This document shows, piece by piece, positions 14,957 through 25,916 of a DNA stretch of 64,000 bases. This DNA comes from an uncultured Actinomycetota bacterium (GTDB lineage Bacteria; Actinomycetota; Actinomycetes; CAVWCF01), in contig CAVWCF010000001.1 of NCBI GenBank assembly GCA_963753435.1, positions 192,001 through 256,000 on the forward strand, in the 5' to 3' direction. The notes beneath the pieces are model-generated. The model saw only the letters and a program-made list of their open reading frames with translations. It ran no database searches and had not been told where the DNA came from. Each line of letters begins with the position of its first letter. The stretch's first letter is position 1. A program made the translations under genes and the position numbers.

Positions 14957-15571
14957 TTGCGCGACGAACCAGCGTCGCGGCCGGTCTCCGACCGGCGCCA
15001 TCTGCATCGCGGAGCAACGTTCGTGCTGGAAGCAGATGACGTCGAGTTCGCAGACGGCGTCGTCACGCGGGACGTGGTGCGTCACCCGGGTGCTGTCGGT
15101 GTGATCGCAGTGGACGACGACGATCGCGTTCTCCTGGTCCAGCAGTACCGACACCCGGTGCAGGCGATGCTTTGGGAACCGCCCGCGGGATTGCTCGACG
15201 TGCCGGGGGAGCCGCCGTTGGCTGCGGCCCGGCGGGAGTTGGCTGAGGAAGCGCATCACGAGGCGGACGAGTGGGCCGTGTTGGTCGATGCGTTCACTAC
15301 GCCCGGGATGAGTGACGAATCGATCCGGATCTACCTGGCGACGTCGGTGCGACCCCTGCCCGGCGTCCGGCCGCCGCAGGCGGCTGAAGAACGGAACATG
15401 CCCGTCCGCTGGGTTCCGTTCCAGGAGGCGCTGGCGGCAGTGCTTGGCGGTGGATTGCACAACCCGATGGCGGTGATGGGGATTCTGGCCTGGGCCGCGT
15501 TACGTGCCGAACCAGGTCGCCTGCGCGCGGCTGACGCTGATTGGGACTTCGCGCCGAAGCAGGCCCGTTGA
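14957..15571 (+). CDS. NUDIX hydrolase (ADP-ribose pyrophosphatase-like)
   Basis: HPGAV, QYRHP and Nudix box PAGLLD...AARRELAEE; standard position after pyrG. Confidence 0.92.
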   Translation: MRDEPASRPVSDRRHLHRGATFVLEADDVEFADGVVTRDVVRHPGAVGVIAVDDDDRVLLVQQYRHPVQAMLWEPPAGLLDVPGEPPLAAARRELAEEAHHEADEWAVLVDAFTTPGMSDESIRIYLATSVRPLPGVRPPQAAEERNMPVRWVPFQEALAAVLGGGLHNPMAVMGILAWAALRAEPGRLRAADADWDFAPKQAR

Positions 15572-15695
15572 CACCTGGCCGGATTGGCTGAGTGGATCAG
15601 CCGCCAGCGCGGCTCGCGCGGATTATGCTCGCCGAATCGGCCAGCCATCGGTGAGACGCCGTCTCCGCGGTCGATCGAAAGGTGCGTGAGGTGCG

Positions 15696-16841
15696 GTGAA
15701 GGTCGGTGTCCCCCGCGAACTGAAGAATCACGAGTACCGAGTCGCCATAACTCCGGCAGGGGTACTGGAGTTGACCCGCAACGGCCACGACGTCTACGTC
15801 GAACAGGACGCCGGCGCCGGGTCCTCCATCAGTGACCAAGAATTCGTATCAGCAGGAGCCAAGATCCTGCCGACCGCCGATGACGTATGGGGCACTGGGG
15901 ATTTGATCCTCAAAGTCAAAGAGCCCATCGCCGACGAGTACCACCGCATGCGTCGGGACCAAGTGCTGTTCACCTATCTGCACCTGGCCGCCAGCCGCGA
16001 ATGCACCGAGGCCCTGGTCAAGGCGGGGACCACGGCGATCGCCTACGAGACGGTCGAGATGCCCGATCGAAGCCTGCCGCTGCTTGCCCCCATGTCGGAA
16101 GTGGCCGGGCGGTTGGCGCCCCAGGTCGGCAGTCATGTGCTCATGCGCTCCCAGGGCGGGCGCGGTGTGCTCATGGGCGGGGTGTCTGGCGTTTACGCGG
16201 CCAAAGTTGTCGTCATCGGGGCCGGTGTCGCGGGAGCAAACTCAGCGGCGATCGCGCTGGGGATGCAGGCCGAGGTGCTCCTGCTGGACCGCAACATCGA
16301 TCGACTTCGGTACATGGACGCCATCTACCAGGGCCACGTGCAGACGGTTGCGTCCAACACCTACGAGGTGGAGCGCGCCGTCGTGGACGCTGACATGGTC
16401 ATCGGGGCCGTGCTCGTACCCGGGGCCAAGGCGCCCAAACTGATCACTAACGAACTGGTCTCGCGGATGAAGCCCGGCTCGGTCCTCGTCGACATCTCCA
16501 TCGACCAGGGGGGCTGCTTCGAGGACTCCCGCCCCACGACCCACGACGACCCGACGTACCCGATTCACAACTCGGTCTTCTACTGCGTGGCAAACATGCC
16601 TGGGGCCGTGCCGAACACCAGCACCTACGCACTCACCAACGTGACCCTGCCGTACGCGGTGGAATTGGCGAACAAGGGCTGGCACCGGGCACTGAAGGAG
16701 GACCCTTCCCTGGCGCTTGGGCTAAATGTTCACGCCGGGCGGATCACCTACACCGGAGTTGCCGAGGCGTTCCCCGACTTGCCGCATGTGACTTTGGACC
16801 AGGTGCTCAAGGTGCGTCCGGAGGAATGGCGGTTGAGCTGA
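15696..16841 (+). CDS. ald: Alanine dehydrogenase
   Basis: [57 protein letters not shown]. Confidence 0.98.
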   Translation: MKVGVPRELKNHEYRVAITPAGVLELTRNGHDVYVEQDAGAGSSISDQEFVSAGAKILPTADDVWGTGDLILKVKEPIADEYHRMRRDQVLFTYLHLAASRECTEALVKAGTTAIAYETVEMPDRSLPLLAPMSEVAGRLAPQVGSHVLMRSQGGRGVLMGGVSGVYAAKVVVIGAGVAGANSAAIALGMQAEVLLLDRNIDRLRYMDAIYQGHVQTVASNTYEVERAVVDADMVIGAVLVPGAKAPKLITNELVSRMKPGSVLVDISIDQGGCFEDSRPTTHDDPTYPIHNSVFYCVANMPGAVPNTSTYALTNVTLPYAVELANKGWHRALKEDPSLALGLNVHAGRITYTGVAEAFPDLPHVTLDQVLKVRPEEWRLS

Positions 16842-17782
16842 CGCAATCGCGCGCGGCACTTCCGACCGAACTTCGCGCGTACCTGGCGCACCTGACTGTC
16901 GAACGCGGGCTGTCCAAGTTGACCGTCTCCGCATACCGCCGGGACCTCACGCGCTACTGCGACTACTTGGCCAACCGCGGGATCGGGAGTCTCGCTGACG
17001 TTTCCGAAGTCACCATCGCTGAGTACCTGGCTTGGTTGCGAAGCCCCGGCGACGACCATCCCGCCCTATCGAGTTCGTCGGCTGCGCGGGCATTGGCTGC
17101 CGTGCGCGGCTGGCACAAGTTCGCCGTCACCGAAGGAATCAGTTCGGCTGATCCGGCGCGCAACGTCCGGCGACCAGCACAGACCCAACGCCTTCCCAAG
17201 GCAGTGCCCTTGCAGACCATTGAGGCCCTGATTGCCACGGCCTCCGGAGCCGACCCTGCGGATCTACGGGATCGAGCGCTGTTGGAGTTCCTGTACGGCA
17301 CTGGGGCCCGCGTCTCCGAGGCGGTTGGTCTGGACATTGACGATCTGGACCTGGAAGCCGGCCTCGTCCGACTCCACGGCAAGGGTGACAAGCAGCGCGT
17401 CGTTCCGCTGGGGTCGTTCGCGGTGGCTTCCGTGAGTACGTACCTGGCCGGCGGGCGTCCGAAACTGGCCGAGGCCGGCCCCGGACCGGGCGCTGCCGTG
17501 TTTCTGAATGCGCGCGGTCGTCGACTCAGCCGTCAAGGTGCGTGGGGGCGGTTGCAGCGGGCCGCTAGTGCCGCGGGCCTGCCGCCGGGGTCCATCTCGC
17601 CACACACATTGCGGCACTCATTCGCCACTCATCTGCTCGACGGCGGCGCCGACGTCCGGGTGGTGCAGGAACTGCTCGGACATGCCTCGGTATCGACGAC
17701 GCAGATCTACACACTGGTCACGGTGGACCGGTTGCGGGAGGTGTACGCGGCCGCGCATCCACGGGCCCGGGCCACGAACTAG
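16826..17782 (+). CDS. xerD: Site-specific tyrosine recombinase XerD
   Basis: [52 protein letters not shown]; core synteny. Confidence 0.95.
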   Translation: MAVELTQSRAALPTELRAYLAHLTVERGLSKLTVSAYRRDLTRYCDYLANRGIGSLADVSEVTIAEYLAWLRSPGDDHPALSSSSAARALAAVRGWHKFAVTEGISSADPARNVRRPAQTQRLPKAVPLQTIEALIATASGADPADLRDRALLEFLYGTGARVSEAVGLDIDDLDLEAGLVRLHGKGDKQRVVPLGSFAVASVSTYLAGGRPKLAEAGPGPGAAVFLNARGRRLSRQGAWGRLQRAASAAGLPPGSISPHTLRHSFATHLLDGGADVRVVQELLGHASVSTTQIYTLVTVDRLREVYAAAHPRARATN

Positions 17783-17903
17783 GGGTCTTGGCAGCGGCAG
17801 GCGATGGGGTCGCGGCGGCCGTAGAGCCCAACGGCCTTGCCCGTGCGTTGACCGACCCCCTACAGTCCGGCACACCGCCGAAGGGGGTTGTCTGCTCGTG
17901 TCC

Positions 17904-18908
17904 ATGTCGACATCTCAACTGTCCGAACCGCCCCAAGAGCCTAAGTCTCAAGTAGAGACTGAGGGCCCGGAGGCGGATCTGCGACCGGAGTTGGGCCAAG
18001 AAGCTCAGAGCGACGCGGATGCCGCGACCGATCTTGAGCCGGACCTCGAGTTGGGCCCCACGGGTCGGCCGTTGCCGGACTTCGTGGACCCGCAGCCAGT
18101 GCGGACGCACGGCCCCGCGCATGTCATCGCGCTGTGCAACCAGAAGGGCGGGGTCGGCAAGACCACGACGACGATCAACCTGGGTGCCGCGCTTGCCGGC
18201 TATGGCCGCCGGGTGCTGCTGGTGGACTTCGACCCGCAGGGGGCGCTGTCCGCTGGTCTCGGGCTAGGCCGCGAGCATGAGGCCCGATCGGTGTACGACC
18301 TGCTCGTCGAGAACGGGACGCGAGCCGAATCGGTGCTCCTCAAGACCGACGTCCCCGGGCTGGACGTCCTGCCCAGCGACATCGAGCTTTCCGCCGCTGA
18401 GGTGCAACTGGTCAACGAGGTGGCGCGGGAGCAGGCGTTGGAGCGGGCGCTGGCCCCGGTGCGCGACTACTACGACTACATCCTGATCGACTGCCAGCCG
18501 AGCCTCGGCCTGTTGACGGTGAACGCCTTGACCGCCGCCGACGGCGTGATGATCCCGCTGGAATGCGAGTACTTCGCCCTGCGCGGGGTGGCCTTGCTGA
18601 TGGACACCGTCACCAAGGTGCAGCGTCGGCTCAACCCGAGGTTGGAGCTCACCGGGATCCTGGCAACGATGTTCGACCCGCGCACGGTGCACTCCCGCGA
18701 GGTCGTGGACCGCATCCTTGAGGGATTCGGGGATCGCGTGTTCCACACGGTGATCTCGCGGACGGTGAAGTTCCCGGAATCCACGGCCCACGGCGAGCCC
18801 ATCACCGAATACGCGGCCAAGTCATCCGGAGCCGACGCGTACCGGCAGTTGGCGCGCGAACTGATCGCGCGCACTGGGACCGTCGGAGCGGCGACGGCGC
18901 AGCAGTGA
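17904..18908 (+). CDS. ParA/Soj-family ATPase (Rv1708-like)
   Basis: NQKGGVGKTTT, DFDPQG, IDCQPSLG, ECEYFALRG; upstream of scpAB. Start may be GTG 17898. Confidence 0.93.
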   Translation: MSTSQLSEPPQEPKSQVETEGPEADLRPELGQEAQSDADAATDLEPDLELGPTGRPLPDFVDPQPVRTHGPAHVIALCNQKGGVGKTTTTINLGAALAGYGRRVLLVDFDPQGALSAGLGLGREHEARSVYDLLVENGTRAESVLLKTDVPGLDVLPSDIELSAAEVQLVNEVAREQALERALAPVRDYYDYILIDCQPSLGLLTVNALTAADGVMIPLECEYFALRGVALLMDTVTKVQRRLNPRLELTGILATMFDPRTVHSREVVDRILEGFGDRVFHTVISRTVKFPESTAHGEPITEYAAKSSGADAYRQLARELIARTGTVGAATAQQ

Positions 18909-19192
18909 CCGCCAACCGGGCGCGTCCCAGCGACGAGTTCTTCCGGGCCACGGCACCGGCGCCAGTTGCGCCGCGGGACAGTGGCCGGAGTCGTCACGAC
19001 ACCAAGATCACGGTCTACCTGTCCAACGAAGAGTTGGTGGCCTTGGAGCGGGCCCGCCTGGATCTGCGGGCCGAACACGGCCTGGCGGTCGACCGGGGCC
19101 GAATCGTCCGGGAAGCGGTTTCGCTGCTACTGGCGGATTTCGCGCAGCGGGGAAGCGACAGCGACCTGGTGCGGCGGCTGAACTCAGCCTGA
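18905..19192 (+). CDS. Small putative ribbon-helix-helix DNA-binding protein coupled to ParA
   Basis: GTGA overlap with parA; KITVYLS strand followed by two helices (EELVALERAR, DRGRIVREAV). Confidence 0.7.
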   Translation: MTANRARPSDEFFRATAPAPVAPRDSGRSRHDTKITVYLSNEELVALERARLDLRAEHGLAVDRGRIVREAVSLLLADFAQRGSDSDLVRRLNSA

Positions 19193-19211
19193 GTCGGCTA
19201 GGTTTCGGGAC

Positions 19212-20090
19212 GTGACCGCCACTCCCGCAGCGACCGCCCCAACGGTTGAACCAGCGGTGGCAGCAGTGGAGCCAGAGGTTGCTCCCCGCGCCGGTTTCGT
19301 GGTGGACCTGGACGTCTTCTCCGGGCCCTTCGATGTTCTCCTCGGGCTGATCGCCAAGCATCAACTGGACATCACCGAGGTGGCGCTGGCGAGGGTCACC
19401 GACGAGTTCATCTCGTTCATCAGCAACCACGAGGACACGTGGGATCTGGAGCAGTCCTCACAGTTCCTGGTCGTTGCCGCGACGCTTCTGGACCTGAAAG
19501 CGGCGCGGTTGCTGCCGCAAGCCGAGGTTGAGGACGAGGAGGACCTCGCGCTGCTCGAGGCGCGGGACCTGCTCTTCGCTCGCCTGCTGCAGTACCGGGC
19601 GTTCAAGGACGTTTCGGCGATCTTCGCCGAGCGCATGCAGGCGGAGTCGCATCGTTTTCCGCGCGCGGTCGGGCTGGAGCCGCGGTTCGCGTCGTTGGTA
19701 CCGGAAGTCCTCCTCGGCCTTGGGCCCGTCGAATTCGCGACCCTGGCCGGTGCCGCGCTCGCACCCAGGTCGGCTCCGGTGGTCTCGATCGAGCACCTGC
19801 ACGCGGCGCGGGTCAGTGTCCGTGAGCAGGCAGCCCTGATGGTTGAACGACTACGCATGGCGCACGCCGTGACGTTCCGCAGCCTGGTCGCCGACGCCGA
19901 GGACACCGCGACCGTGGTGGCTCGCTTCCTCGCCTTGCTGGAGTTGTTCCGCGAAGGCGCCGTGGCGTTCGAGCAGGTGCAGGCGTTGGCGGACCTGCAC
20001 GTGCGCTGGACCGGAGCCGAGTCGGGTGCGGTGGACGTGCACGACGAGTTCGATGAACTGTCCGACGCCGGCAATGAGGAAGAGGCATGA
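19212..20090 (+). CDS. scpA: Segregation/condensation protein A
   Basis: FSGPFDVLLGLI, FLVVAATLLDLKAARLLP, RFLALLEL. Confidence 0.96.
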   Translation: MTATPAATAPTVEPAVAAVEPEVAPRAGFVVDLDVFSGPFDVLLGLIAKHQLDITEVALARVTDEFISFISNHEDTWDLEQSSQFLVVAATLLDLKAARLLPQAEVEDEEDLALLEARDLLFARLLQYRAFKDVSAIFAERMQAESHRFPRAVGLEPRFASLVPEVLLGLGPVEFATLAGAALAPRSAPVVSIEHLHAARVSVREQAALMVERLRMAHAVTFRSLVADAEDTATVVARFLALLELFREGAVAFEQVQALADLHVRWTGAESGAVDVHDEFDELSDAGNEEEA

Positions 20091-20662
20091 CCGAGACGAT
20101 TGATCTGACCCGTGCGGAGCGGTCACAGCCGCTGACCGCGGCTATCGAGGCGATCCTGCTGGTCGTTGACGAGCCGGTCACGGCGACGGTGTTGGCGCAG
20201 GTGCTCAGCGAGCCGGTCCCGGCGGTCACCGAGGCGCTGCAGGCGCTGTCGGGGGAGTACACCGAGGCGAAACGCGGTTTCGACCTGCGTGAGGTGGCCG
20301 GCGGTTGGCGGCTGTACACGCGCGAGGAGTACGCCGACCTGGTGGAGCAGTTCCTTACCGACGGCCAGCAAACTCGGCTGACGCAGGCGTCGCTGGAAAC
20401 GTTGGCCGTGGTCGCCTACCGGCAACCTGTGAGCAGGGCTCGCGTTTCGGCCATCCGGGGTGTCAACGTCGATGGGGTCATGCGCACCCTGGTCAACCGC
20501 GGGCTCGTGGAGGAATGCGGTACGGAGTCCGACAGCCAGGCGATCCTGTACCAGACCACATCCTTCTTCCTGGAGCGGCTCGGCCTGCGTTCGCTGGACG
20601 AGTTGCCGCCGATCGCTGAGCACGTGCCAAGCGCCGCGGCGATCGAGCAGGAGCAGTCCTGA
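20087..20662 (+). CDS. scpB: SMC-Scp complex subunit ScpB
   Basis: IEAILLV, LETLAVVAYRQPVSRARVSAIRGVN, FLERLGLRSLDELP. Confidence 0.97.
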   Translation: MTETIDLTRAERSQPLTAAIEAILLVVDEPVTATVLAQVLSEPVPAVTEALQALSGEYTEAKRGFDLREVAGGWRLYTREEYADLVEQFLTDGQQTRLTQASLETLAVVAYRQPVSRARVSAIRGVNVDGVMRTLVNRGLVEECGTESDSQAILYQTTSFFLERLGLRSLDELPPIAEHVPSAAAIEQEQS

Positions 20663-21381
20663 GCGCCATCCGGATCCAGAAGGTGCTTGCCGAAGCTGGG
20701 ATCGGCAGCCGGCGACAGTGCGATCAACTCGTCGCTGAGGGCCGGGTCGAAGTGGACGGTCAGCCGGCCATCCCCGGCCAGCGAGTAGATCCGGCGACGG
20801 CGGTGATTCGCGTCGACGGTGACCGCCTCGTAACCGCCCCGGACAAGAGCTACCTGGCGTTGAACAAGCCCGCCGGGGTGGTGACGACGATGTCGGACCC
20901 GCAGGGCCGCGAATGCGTCGGCGACTACCTACCGGAGCGGGGTGCGCGCCTCTTCCACATCGGTCGCCTGGACACCGACACCGAGGGGCTGCTGCTCCTG
21001 ACCAACGACGGAGACCTGGCCCACCGGCTCATGCACCCGTCCTACGGCGTGCCGAAGACCTACCTGGCCGAGGTGATCGGTCCCGTGCCCCGAGACCTCG
21101 GCCGGCAACTGCGCTCAGGGGTGGTCCTGGACGATGGACCCGCTTCGGTGGACTCCTTCCGTGTCGTCCAGAGCTCGGGCAATCGGATCCTGGTCGAACT
21201 GGTTCTGCATGAAGGGCGCAACCGGTTGGTGCGGCGCCTGCTGGAAGCAGTCGGGCTGCCCGTGCAGCGGCTGGTTCGGGTGAAGGTTGGTGACGTTGCC
21301 CTCGGCGAGTTGCGACCTGGGCGCGTGCGCCCGCTGAACCGGCGTGAGGTGGCCAAGCTGTTCAAGGCGGTTGACCTGTAG
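20659..21381 (+). CDS. rluB: rRNA pseudouridine synthase, RluB/RsuA family (probable CTG start)
   Basis: S4 domain RIQKVLAEAGIGSRR, LNKPAGV, catalytic GRLD, LHEGRNR. The only start candidate upstream of RIQK is CTG 20659; the first canonical start is GTG 20683. Confidence 0.9.
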   Translation: MSAIRIQKVLAEAGIGSRRQCDQLVAEGRVEVDGQPAIPGQRVDPATAVIRVDGDRLVTAPDKSYLALNKPAGVVTTMSDPQGRECVGDYLPERGARLFHIGRLDTDTEGLLLLTNDGDLAHRLMHPSYGVPKTYLAEVIGPVPRDLGRQLRSGVVLDDGPASVDSFRVVQSSGNRILVELVLHEGRNRLVRRLLEAVGLPVQRLVRVKVGDVALGELRPGRVRPLNRREVAKLFKAVDL

Positions 21382-21412
21382 GGCGTACTCGCTCACACGC
21401 GGTGCAGGTTGT

Positions 21413-22057
21413 TCAGGAGGCTGGCTCGGCCGCCGCAGGCTTGCCCGACACCAGGCGCAGCACGAGCCCGATCAGGACGCCTAGGGCGGCGCCGGCCACA
21501 ACGTCGAGCGGGTTGTGGGCCCCCAGGTAGACCCGGGACACGCACACACCCACGGCGGCGACAACCGCGAACACCCGACCGGCTCGACCCAGCCAGGGCC
21601 ACAGCAGACTGGCGAGCGCGAACGCGATGACCGCGTGGCCAGATGGGAACGAGGGTCCGTAGAGGGGGACGTCGCGAAACTGCGCGCAGTCAGGGTCCTC
21701 CGCACACACCGTCACGAACGGTCGGTCCCGCTCGACCAGTTGCTTGAGGACTAGGTACTCAACCGCGAGTTTGACCGGCACGATGAGCGCCAGAGCGACC
21801 GCCAGGCGCCAGCGACCTACCGCAGCCGCCACCGCGGCCAATCCCAGTGGCACAACCAGGACGCCCAGCAGTTGCAGGGCATACATGACCGGTCGCCAGG
21901 ACTCCGGCAGACCATTGATCCAGCCGAAGATCTCGGCCTCCAGGTCGGATACCTGGCCGGAGCGGGCGATCCAACTGCTGCCCAGCAGCAGCAGTGCTGC
22001 TGCCCCGAACGTGACGGCTAGGACCGGCTTGGTCAATTGACCCCCCAGAAGGCGCAT
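21413..22057 (-). CDS. PAP2-family phosphatase
   Basis: KQLVERDRP, SFPSGHA and SRVYLGAHNPLDV motifs with TM helices; start may be TTG 22036. Confidence 0.9.
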   Translation of the reverse strand: MRLLGGQLTKPVLAVTFGAAALLLLGSSWIARSGQVSDLEAEIFGWINGLPESWRPVMYALQLLGVLVVPLGLAAVAAAVGRWRLAVALALIVPVKLAVEYLVLKQLVERDRPFVTVCAEDPDCAQFRDVPLYGPSFPSGHAVIAFALASLLWPWLGRAGRVFAVVAAVGVCVSRVYLGAHNPLDVVAGAALGVLIGLVLRLVSGKPAAAEPAS

Positions 22058-22132
22058 CGCAGGCTACCGCCGGCGCGCGAGGTTCCGGCGCAGACGCGGC
22101 TAGGGTTCTGACGAATTCGGAGGAGGTGCGCC

Positions 22133-22495
22133 GTGGCTGTGCGTGCGATTCGCGGCGCAACTGCGCTGTCGGCAGATGATCGCGACGAGATGGTCGAAGC
22201 CGTGGTCGAGTTGCTGAGGGAGTTGTTGCAGCGCAACGCGATTACCACGGAGGACCTGGTCAGCATCATCTTCACGGCGACCCCGGACCTGCACTGCGAG
22301 TTCCCCGCGGCGGCGGCCCGCACTTTGAGTTTGGGTGATGTGCCGTTGTTGTGCGCCCAGGAATTGGCCATTGCCGGCGCGATGCCGCGAGTGGTGCGGG
22401 TGATGGCGCACGTCAACACCGAGCGGCCCCGGGATCAGGTCCAGCACGTGTACCTGCGTGGGACTGAGACGTTGCGCTCGGACTTGGCGCAGTGA
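22133..22495 (+). CDS. aroH: Chorismate mutase, AroH class
   Basis: VRAIRGAT, FTATPDL, FPAAAAR, HVYLRGTETLRSDL; GGAGG RBS. Confidence 0.96.
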   Translation: MAVRAIRGATALSADDRDEMVEAVVELLRELLQRNAITTEDLVSIIFTATPDLHCEFPAAAARTLSLGDVPLLCAQELAIAGAMPRVVRVMAHVNTERPRDQVQHVYLRGTETLRSDLAQ

Positions 22496-23550
22496 GCGAC
22501 GTCCTGGTCGTCGGCACCGGGTTGATCGGCGGTTCCCTCGGGTTGGCGCTGACGGCTGCGGGACGTTCGGTTTGGTTGACCGACAAGGACGAGGCTGCAG
22601 TCCAGTTGGCCGCCGACCTCGGGGCAGGTCGGCCTTGGTCGGGTCAGGACTGCGACCTGGTCGTGCTGGCCGTGCCACCGTCGGCGGTCCCGGAGGAGTG
22701 CCGCAACTGGCAGGGGCGGTTCCCACAAGCCACCGTCACCGATGTCGCCAGCGTCAAGTCGCAGGTGGTGCTGGAGGTCCGGCGGTCGGCCGACCCGAAA
22801 CGATTCGTGGGCGGTCACCCGGTCGCGGGCCGTGAGGTCGCCGGTGTGCGCGGGGCCCGAGCGGACCTGTTCATCGCCCGGCCGTGGGTGCTCACCTCGG
22901 AGGGCGCTGACCCCGACCGGGTCGACGCGGTCCAGGAACTGACCGTGGCTGTTGGCGCGGTGCCCGTCCGGATGAGCGCTGCGCAGCACGATGAGGCGAT
23001 GGCCCTGGTTTCGCACGCCCCACAGGTGGCTGCTTCGGTGATGGCCGGGCTGCTCGCCGATGCCGACCCCCGACTCGTCGACCTGGCCGGACAGGGTTTG
23101 CGGGACACGACGCGCATCGCCGCCGGCGATCCCGGGCTGTGGGCCGACATTCTGCTCGGCAACCGGGAGGCCGTGTTGCCGGTCCTGCAACGGCTGAGTC
23201 AGAACCTCGACCGCATTCGGGCGGCGCTGCAGGACGCGGACGCCGATTCCGTGCGTACCGGTCTAGGTGCCGGGGTTGCCGGCCGCAGCCGTATCCCCGG
23301 CAAGCACGGGGGTTCGGCCACCTCCTACACGGCCGTCACCGTCGTGATCGATGACGCGCCCGGCGCTCTGGCTCGACTGCTGGTCGCCGCCGGTGAGGCA
23401 GGCGTGAACGTCGAGGATCTGCGGCTGGAGCACTCGCCCGGACAGCCGGTTGGTTTGGTGGAACTGGCCGTCCGACCCGAAGCCGCCGCCGAACTGGCCG
23501 CGGCCCTCACCCAGGCTGGTTGGCGAGTTCATGCCGAACAGCGCCAGTAG
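22492..23550 (+). CDS. tyrA: Prephenate dehydrogenase with C-terminal ACT domain
   Basis: GTGLIGGS, TDVASVK, GGHPVAG, HDEAMALVSHAPQ, RDTTRIA, DAPGALA ACT domain. Confidence 0.93.
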   Translation: MSDVLVVGTGLIGGSLGLALTAAGRSVWLTDKDEAAVQLAADLGAGRPWSGQDCDLVVLAVPPSAVPEECRNWQGRFPQATVTDVASVKSQVVLEVRRSADPKRFVGGHPVAGREVAGVRGARADLFIARPWVLTSEGADPDRVDAVQELTVAVGAVPVRMSAAQHDEAMALVSHAPQVAASVMAGLLADADPRLVDLAGQGLRDTTRIAAGDPGLWADILLGNREAVLPVLQRLSQNLDRIRAALQDADADSVRTGLGAGVAGRSRIPGKHGGSATSYTAVTVVIDDAPGALARLLVAAGEAGVNVEDLRLEHSPGQPVGLVELAVRPEAAAELAAALTQAGWRVHAEQRQ

Positions 23551-23560
23551 CCTCACCCGC

Positions 23561-24235
23561 GTGCAGGCCGCAAGTGCAGTGATCGCGGTGGACGGCCCGA
23601 GCGGATCGGGCAAGTCCTCAGTGTCCCGGGGCGTGGCCGCTGCCTTCGGGCTGCGGTACCTGGACACCGGGTCGCTTTACCGCGCTGCCACCTGGTGGGT
23701 GCTGCACAACGGTGCCGATACTTCTGACGCAGCAGCGGTCGCGGCTTTGGTGGACGCTGCTGACATCGCCGCTGGCACGGATCCCGCGTCACCGACCATC
23801 TCCGTCAATGGGCGCAACCTCGCCACGGAGATCAGGTCGGCGGAGGTCACCGGTGCGGTTAGCCAGGTGAGCGCCATCCCGCAGGTGCGGGCGCGGCTGC
23901 TGACCTTGCAGCGGGATTTGATCGGCTCCGGCGGTGTGGTGGTCGAGGGGCGCGACATCGGCACCGTGGTCGCCCCCGATGCCGTGGTCAAGATCTTCCT
24001 GACCGCCGACCCGGAGGTCCGGGGTCAGCGGCGACATCTGGAGACTGCGCATCACGAAGATGCGACGGTCACGGCGCAGGCACTGAAAGCTCGTGACGAG
24101 ATCGATTCCAATCGCCAGGCCAGCCCGTTGCGCGCGGCAGCAGATGCCATCGAGGTGGACGCGACCGACCTCAACTTGGAGCAGGTGATCGCGAAAGTGA
24201 GCGGGATTGTGGCGGAGCGGCTGACCCATGACTGA
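23561..24235 (+). CDS. cmk: Cytidylate kinase
   Basis: [30 protein letters not shown]; leaderless GTG 7 nt after TAGCCT (alternative ATG 23531). Confidence 0.96.
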   Translation: MQAASAVIAVDGPSGSGKSSVSRGVAAAFGLRYLDTGSLYRAATWWVLHNGADTSDAAAVAALVDAADIAAGTDPASPTISVNGRNLATEIRSAEVTGAVSQVSAIPQVRARLLTLQRDLIGSGGVVVEGRDIGTVVAPDAVVKIFLTADPEVRGQRRHLETAHHEDATVTAQALKARDEIDSNRQASPLRAAADAIEVDATDLNLEQVIAKVSGIVAERLTHD

Positions 24236-25565
24236 AGAGGCGGTGACGCAAGCAGCGCTGCCCGTGGTCGCCGTGGTCGGGCGTCCCAACGTGGGCAAGT
24301 CGACCTTGGTTAACCGACTCCTCGGACGTCGCGAAGCGGTAGTTCAGGACATTCCGGGCGTGACGCGCGACCGGGTCGCCTACGACGCGGAATGGTCCGG
24401 GCGCCGGTTCACGGTCGTGGACACCGGCGGCTGGGAACCCGACGCGCAGGGGATGGCCGCCCGCGTTGCGGCGCAGGCGGAGTTGGCCATGCTGTCGGCT
24501 GATGTGATCGTGCTGGTTGTCGACGCCACCGTTGGGGCCACCGACACCGAAGAAGCGGTCACTCGAGTGTTGCGGCGCTCTGGCGCGCCAGTACTGCTGG
24601 CCGCCAACAAGGTGGACGACTCTCGCACCGAATCAGATGCGGCGTCGCTTTGGTCATTGGGGCTGGGTCAACCGCACCCGGTGTCGGCACTGCACGGGCG
24701 TGGCAGCGGCGACCTGCTGGACGCGATCCTGGCGGCCTTCCCGGAGGTGGCCGCAATGCCGGAGCCGCTGGGTGGTCCGCGCCGGGTGGCGTTGTTGGGG
24801 CGGCCCAACGTGGGCAAGTCCTCGCTGCTGAACCGGCTGGCCGGTGAAGAGCGCGTAGTTGTGGACTCGGTTGCCGGCACGACAGTCGACCCGGTCGATG
24901 AGGTCGTGGAACTTGGCGGGGAGTCGTGGACCTTCGTCGACACCGCCGGGATCCGGCGTCGGGTGAAGGAGGCTTCCGGTCAGGAGTACTACGCGTCCTT
25001 GCGGACCAGGGCTGCGCTGGACAAGGCGGAGGTGGCGATCGTCCTGCTGGACGGGTCGCAGCCGCTGACGGAGCAGGACGTGCGGATCGTGCAGATGGTT
25101 GTGGACGCTGGCCGGGCGCTGGTGCTCGCAATCAACAAGTGGGACCTGTTGGACGAGGATCGGCGTGACCTGTTGGAGCGGGAGATGGAGCGGGAGCTGG
25201 CGCATGTGGCGTGGGCTCCGCGGGTCAACGTCTCTGCAAAGTCCGGACGTCACGTAGAGAAGCTGGTTCCCGCACTCCATGAGGCGCTGCAGGGCTGGGA
25301 CACTCGGGTTTCGACCGGCCGCCTGAACGCACTGATCGGGCAGGTAGTCGCCGCGCACCCGCACCCGGTCCGTGGCGGCAAACAGCCCAAGCTCTTGTTC
25401 GCTACCCAGGCGTCGACGCAGCCGCCGAACTTCGTGCTGTTCACCACCGGCTTCCTGGAAGCCGGCTACCGGCGGTTCCTGGAACGACGATTGCGCGAGG
25501 AGTTCGGCTTCCGCGGCACGCCGATGTTGCTCAGCATGAAAGTGCGGGCCAAGCGCAAGAACTAG
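24228..25565 (+). CDS. der: Ribosome biogenesis GTPase Der (EngA)
   Basis: Two GRPNVGKS P-loops, DTGG and DTAG, NKVD and NKWD, KH-like C-terminus. Confidence 0.99.
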   Translation: MTEEAVTQAALPVVAVVGRPNVGKSTLVNRLLGRREAVVQDIPGVTRDRVAYDAEWSGRRFTVVDTGGWEPDAQGMAARVAAQAELAMLSADVIVLVVDATVGATDTEEAVTRVLRRSGAPVLLAANKVDDSRTESDAASLWSLGLGQPHPVSALHGRGSGDLLDAILAAFPEVAAMPEPLGGPRRVALLGRPNVGKSSLLNRLAGEERVVVDSVAGTTVDPVDEVVELGGESWTFVDTAGIRRRVKEASGQEYYASLRTRAALDKAEVAIVLLDGSQPLTEQDVRIVQMVVDAGRALVLAINKWDLLDEDRRDLLEREMERELAHVAWAPRVNVSAKSGRHVEKLVPALHEALQGWDTRVSTGRLNALIGQVVAAHPHPVRGGKQPKLLFATQASTQPPNFVLFTTGFLEAGYRRFLERRLREEFGFRGTPMLLSMKVRAKRKN

Positions 25566-25638
25566 GCGGGTTTCCGTCGGGAATCGCTTCGGCGTCGTTC
25601 GGGTAGCATCGGCGCGCTCTGCCGGTTGCGCGGGGCAC

Positions 25639-25712
<74 letters not shown>

Positions 25713-25916
25713 CGGTGTTCGTGCAGGCCATGGGCAGCCATGCCTAGTTCCGTCAATTCGTTGGCTCGAAAGTCGGGCCGCTCCTGCGCTTAGGACTTCT
25801 CTGGCTGCTCGGTCGGCGAGGAGTCCCGACAAGGCGACTTGCCCATGGATGCTTCCGTCAGGGCGTGTTGAGACAACATTGCGACGATGTTTTGACCCAA
25901 AGCAGTTGACATACGG

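Noticed and set aside
16826-17782. Phage or ICE integrase
   Set aside because: Sequence and pyrG-NUDIX-xerD-parA-scpAB synteny identify housekeeping XerD.
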